DNA of 10,786 nt from Pseudomonadota bacterium (GTDB lineage: Bacteria > Bdellovibrionota > FAC87 > UBA2466): assembly GCA_043767805.1 (NCBI GenBank), contig JAYUGC010000138.1, forward strand, positions 1-10,786. Direction: 5' to 3'. Positions 7,617 to 10,786 of the stretch are shown here, piece by piece. Below the pieces are notes generated by a model. The model saw only the letters and a list, made by a program, of their open reading frames with translations, ran no database searches and was not told the origin of the DNA. Position 1 is the stretch's first letter, and each line of letters begins with the position of its first letter. The position numbers and the translations under genes are program-made.

Positions 7617-8318
7617 TTACCGAACCACCCAACTCGAATAAGAAGTCGAATGAAAGTTACCAAGCTGTTTCACCAGGCTCGCGCCCGGCTGAATGTACGC
7701 ACGGCAATTGGAAGCGGTGATCGCCGGGTCCTCGGGGACGCAGGTCGTGCTTCCGTTATAGGTCGTACAAATCGTTTTGGGCCGGCAGGCCGTATCGGTG
7801 GAGACGTGCATTTTGTAGTAGACGTTACCGTCGAACTTATTGTTCGAGCCGATGGCGCCGACGACTCGGACCACGAGCTCGTCATCCGCGAAAATCATGT
7901 CGAAGTTCGAGGAGTCGCGGTACCCGGTGCCCGGGAAAGACGTGAGCTGAGCGCCCCAGAAACCGACTTGGTCCTCGAAAGCCACCAGGACGGACCCGGT
8001 GACGTCGTTGCTGCGATCGGCGCCCGAGATCTTCATGGCAATCTTGGGGTCTCCGACGAGCGGCAAATAGACGATATTGGCGATTTCCTCGAGCCCCGAG
8101 TAATCCGTGGGGTTCACCAGACGGAGCGCGGTCGCCGTGCTCAGGTCCGGAATCCGCGGATCGGGAGTCGGGGTCGGGACGATATAGGGGTTATTGCCGC
8201 CGCCCTGTTTCGAGGGATCGACCGGGGTGGGCACGCCGTTCGTCGTTTCCGACGATTTACCGCAAGCCGCCACTAACGACAGACAAAGGACGAGCAAAAT
8301 TCTTTTGAGCGCTACCAC
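7617..8318 (-). CDS. Hypothetical lipoprotein (233 aa)
   Basis: GTG 8318 with SD GGAG 5 nt upstream. KRILLVLCLSLVAA-C lipobox. Mature start CGKSSETT, PTP-rich tether, beta-rich-looking body, four C-terminal Cys. The track's start at 8429 lies inside the predicted promoter. Confidence 0.85.
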   Translation of the reverse strand: MVALKRILLVLCLSLVAACGKSSETTNGVPTPVDPSKQGGGNNPYIVPTPTPDPRIPDLSTATALRLVNPTDYSGLEEIANIVYLPLVGDPKIAMKISGADRSNDVTGSVLVAFEDQVGFWGAQLTSFPGTGYRDSSNFDMIFADDELVVRVVGAIGSNNKFDGNVYYKMHVSTDTACRPKTICTTYNGSTTCVPEDPAITASNCRAYIQPGASLVKQLGNFHSTSYSSWVVR

Positions 8319-8424
8319 ATTCACTCCAACAAAGCGGGTCTTTTGGGAAGACCGCCACAACAACCACTTCAGCTTCAGCCACTGGGCGCGCCAAGAACGC
8401 ACACCCGCACTCGGGAGCCAGTTG

Positions 8425-8440
8425 TGCAAGAGGGATACCA
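8425..8440 (-). promoter_or_regulatory. Putative sigma54 (-24/-12) promoter for the lipoprotein operon
   Basis: Minus strand TGGTATCCCTCTTGCA = TGG-N10-GCA with TTGCA, close to consensus TGGCAC-N5-TTGCW. Confidence 0.7.
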
Positions 8441-8594
8441 GGAGGTCTGCAGGCGCTTCCGGGCTCGGCCGGGGGGAGGGGAGTGTCGGTGTCCTCTACA
8501 ACAATACGGCTTCAGCCGGTATTCGTGCGGGAAACCGATGTGTAAGTTTCAAGCAGTGTACTGACGTTTTTCGGTGTGGCGCACTGAGACCGCG

Positions 8595-8629
8595 TGTGAT
8601 AATTTTTTACCGAATTTTCGCGAAGGGAG
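8595..8629 (+). promoter_or_regulatory. Putative extended -10 (TGTGATAAT) and SD (AAGGGAG) for ferredoxin
   Basis: TGn-GATAAT at 8595-8603; AAGGGAG at 8623-8629; ATG 8636. Confidence 0.55.
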
Positions 8630-8635
8630 CTCCGG

Positions 8636-8974
8636 ATGACCTACATCGTTACTCAGCACTGCGTGGATTGTAAGTACACCGATTGCGTTACGGTTTGTCC
8701 GGTGGACGCGTTTCACGAGGGACCTAGAACCCTCTATATTAACCCCGACACTTGCGTGAACTGCGATGCCTGCGTTCCCGCGTGCCCGGTGGAAGCCATT
8801 TTCGCCGAAGAGAATTTGCCCTCTCAGTGGGCAGATTACCTTCAGATCAATACGGACGGGTCTCAGCAGTTCCCCGTCATCAATGAGAAGAAGGACCCAC
8901 TGCCGTCGGCAAAGCCCCTGGACGAGCTGAAAAAGCTCGATGCCACCGGCTACAAGCCGCCTAATTTCCCCTAG
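8636..8974 (+). CDS. fdxA: Ferredoxin, FdxA/Azotobacter FdI-like 7Fe ([3Fe-4S][4Fe-4S]) type (112 aa)
   Basis: CVDCKYTDCVTVCP and CVNCDACVPACP motifs, LYINPDTC linker and the C-terminal extension characteristic of the FdxA family. Confidence 0.93.
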   Translation: MTYIVTQHCVDCKYTDCVTVCPVDAFHEGPRTLYINPDTCVNCDACVPACPVEAIFAEENLPSQWADYLQINTDGSQQFPVINEKKDPLPSAKPLDELKKLDATGYKPPNFP

Positions 8975-9061
8975 AGGCCGCCCGGCAGTTTGGCTTGCCG
9001 CGTTGCTTTGTTCCCTATCTTAGCTTGCTCCGAGAGGTAAAATCTCTCTGGGGGAAATTTC

Positions 9062-10060
9062 CTGTATCTACGCCTAAATTGGTTCCGTGCGTTCTTAGCG
9101 CTCGCGGTGGTGGGTTATCACTACCGGCCGGGCCTTCTTCCGCGGGCGGGTCCGTTCGCGGTCTTCGGCTTTTTCTTTCTGAGCGGGTTTCTCGTTTCCC
9201 AGCTCCTCGATACGACCTATCACCAAAGGCCGGGCGCCTTCGTGATGAATCGGTTTCTGCGGATTTTCCCGCCCTATTGGGCGGCCCTCCTTCTAGGTTT
9301 GGCTCTCGCTTCGCTTTTACCGGAAATTACAGCGACGGTGCACCCGAAGCTCTTCACTCCCACTCCAAGAGAGCTCGCCCGCAATGTTTTTCTTTGGGGA
9401 ATGCGCACGTTGAAGTCCCGGCCCGTGGCGGTTGCGTGGTCGCTCGAGCTCGAAGTGCGGTGGTACCTCTTTCTCTTTGCGACGAGCTTTTTCCCGGGGA
9501 AGGTGCGCGTGGGTTGCTGGCTCGCCGTCATACCTCTGTGTTTTTGGTTCGCTCACGGGAAGATTCAGCTCTTTTACTGGGGAATGGCGGGCAGCGGGCT
9601 CTGCTTCGCGCTGGGCTCCCTTCATTACTATGGTAAGCCCCGGGTACCGCGCCTTCTGAGTCTTGCCGCCCTTTCGGGAGCCGTGGCCTTCATTTTCTCC
9701 GGGCCCCCAGGCAGCGTTCCCGTCACCGAGCTCCCCTATTTCCAGGAGTTTCTTTGCTTTCAGGCCCTGCTTTTTCTCGGGTTTGGGTGGCTTCTCGAGG
9801 TCAAAGCCGAGGATAAAGCTTCGAGCTTCGCGGCCATGCTTAGCTACCCGATCTTTCTCATGCATCGGTTCGGTCTCGTCCTCACGCTTTGGTTCGGCCT
9901 TCCTTTAGGAAAGCCGGTAGGAGTGGCGGCCGCCTTAGGCATTACGCTCGCGCTTTCTCTCGGCCTCCACTATCTGACCGAGGTTCCGCTTCGAGGAATT
10001 CGCACTGCCATCCGACGGAATACGCGGTGGTATACGCGGCGTATGCTCTTAACCGAATGA
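9062..10060 (+). CDS. Acyltransferase family 3 (OafA/OatA-like membrane domain, about 332 aa)
   Basis: FRAFLALAVVGYH (R-x10-H), FFFLSGFL, RFLRIFPPYW, WSLELEVRWY, LSYPIFLMH, YLTEVP; polytopic. The frame is open from 9041; the first canonical start (9107) lies inside the first motif, so CTG 9062 is proposed. Confidence 0.9.
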   Translation: MYLRLNWFRAFLALAVVGYHYRPGLLPRAGPFAVFGFFFLSGFLVSQLLDTTYHQRPGAFVMNRFLRIFPPYWAALLLGLALASLLPEITATVHPKLFTPTPRELARNVFLWGMRTLKSRPVAVAWSLELEVRWYLFLFATSFFPGKVRVGCWLAVIPLCFWFAHGKIQLFYWGMAGSGLCFALGSLHYYGKPRVPRLLSLAALSGAVAFIFSGPPGSVPVTELPYFQEFLCFQALLFLGFGWLLEVKAEDKASSFAAMLSYPIFLMHRFGLVLTLWFGLPLGKPVGVAAALGITLALSLGLHYLTEVPLRGIRTAIRRNTRWYTRRMLLTE

Positions 10061-10199
10061 TCGACAAGCGGCAGACCACTGTGCAGCTCTTAAACAGTAT
10101 GCTTTCGGTGCGCGGCCCCTCGGCATTTCTTTGGTTTTCGGCGAATTGATCAACGCTCAAAGCGTCCATCCTCTAGGAATGCACCCCTTGCTCTCTCCA

Positions 10200-10215
10200 T
10201 GGCCTTCAAAATGCA
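10200..10215 (+). promoter_or_regulatory. Putative sigma54 (-24/-12) promoter for ORF 10261
   Basis: TGGCCTTCAAAATGCA = TGG-N10-GCA, 45 nt upstream of ATG 10261. Confidence 0.6.
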
Positions 10216-10260
10216 ATTATCGCCATATAGCTAAGTGGTGCAGTTGGACGTGGTTAGAAG

Positions 10261-10786
10261 ATGATGTGGAAGAAAGCAGTTGGAATTTACTTCATGGCTT
10301 GCCTGGCCGCCGAATGCGGTTTGAGCCCCATCATGCCCTCGGCGCTCTTCTCTTTTCTCGCGCCTCAAGCCCAAGCTAGAGTTTTCGGAAGACGGTTCTT
10401 CGGCCGCCGCCCTCGCGGAGTGACTCGTACGGTGTTTCGCCCGGCCTCCTCTAATCAAGGCGGCCTGCGATCCAGTCAGAGCTTCGGGAGACAGCAAGCC
10501 GTGTTCGTCGTTCAGGGGCGCGATAATAACGGTAAGAACAAGATTAAGGACGTCGAAGGATTCTCGTCTCTGTCTCAGCAGGGCAATGCTCTGCTCGAAC
10601 GCGACCAGGTGAATCCCTTTCTCTTTAGAAAGCTTTTCATCGATCCCAATACCGGCGCGCTCCTCGGCGCCTCTCGCGGCGAGACGGTGCGCCAGCTCAG
10701 AGAGTTCTATCTTAAGAACTTCGATAAATTTCAAGGCGGCGCGAAATCCGTCGTGCAGAATTTCCTAGTGGCGAACGGCGCCGCTG
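10261..10786 (+). CDS. Hypothetical, probably secreted protein; partial (runs off window)
   Basis: Manual translation gives 175 codons without a stop: MMWKKAVGIYFMACLAAECGLSPIMPSALFSFLAPQAQA-RVFGRRFFGRRPRG...LFIDPNTGALLG... In-frame TAG at 10255 bounds the start. Absent from the ORF track because there is no stop. Confidence 0.75.
   Translation, partial: MMWKKAVGIYFMACLAAECGLSPIMPSALFSFLAPQAQARVFGRRFFGRRPRGVTRTVFRPASSNQGGLRSSQSFGRQQAVFVVQGRDNNGKNKIKDVEGFSSLSQQGNALLERDQVNPFLFRKLFIDPNTGALLGASRGETVRQLREFYLKNFDKFQGGAKSVVQNFLVANGAA

Noticed and set aside
8319..8429. 37-codon N-terminal extension of the lipoprotein given by the track
   Set aside because: Its TTG lies within the sigma54 -12 box; GTG 8318 has an SD and gives a normal-length lipoprotein signal.
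8468..8482. G-rich tract as a G-quadruplex or phase-variable run
   Set aside because: Only two substantial G runs, and the longest (6 nt) is short for slippage.
7614..8673. + strand ORFs 7614-8276, 8194-8673 and 8343-8564
   Set aside because: Antisense to the lipoprotein gene or spanning the promoter region; no recognisable protein features.
8980..9012. CGGCAG-N6-TTGCCG hairpin after ferredoxin as a terminator
   Set aside because: Only a 6-bp stem with a G-U pair and no immediate U-tract; too weak to call.
8995..9636. 213-aa + strand ORF as a frameshifted 5' part of the acyltransferase
   Set aside because: All AT3 motifs, including the first, lie in one other frame, so no frameshift is needed; this ORF has no family features.
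10020..10044. ATACGCGG direct repeat and ATACGC-G-GCGTAT palindrome
   Set aside because: Short, inside coding sequence and only two copies; compatible with chance.
10231..10734. 167-aa minus-strand ORF in the track
   Set aside because: Antisense shadow of the longer + strand ORF at 10261, which has a signal-like N-terminus and an upstream promoter motif.

Overview
GC-rich bacterial chromosomal window; gene content and order suggest a Bdellovibrionota/Oligoflexia-like or other deltaproteobacterial lineage (inference). Left half (+ strand): a secreted-looking hypothetical protein with a Cys-His-Asp papain/transglutaminase-like signature, then the outer-membrane biogenesis cluster lolC/E-lolD-bamA-skp. 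No lpxD/fabZ/lpxA follows. Middle (- strand, in transcription order): two Pro-tethered, Cys-containing lipoproteins, a 72-aa tail-anchored protein and a class I SAM methyltransferase. Right (+ strand): a 7Fe FdxA-type ferredoxin, an acyltransferase-3 family membrane protein that appears to need a CTG start, and a secreted-looking ORF running off the window edge that the ORF track missed. The most notable unexplained structure is regulatory: two exact GG-N10-GC sigma54-type promoters, each upstream of uncharacterised exported proteins and each with a related 24-bp motif about 110 bp upstream, suggesting a shared enhancer-binding-protein regulon. No rRNA, tRNA, CRISPR array or mobile element was recognised.
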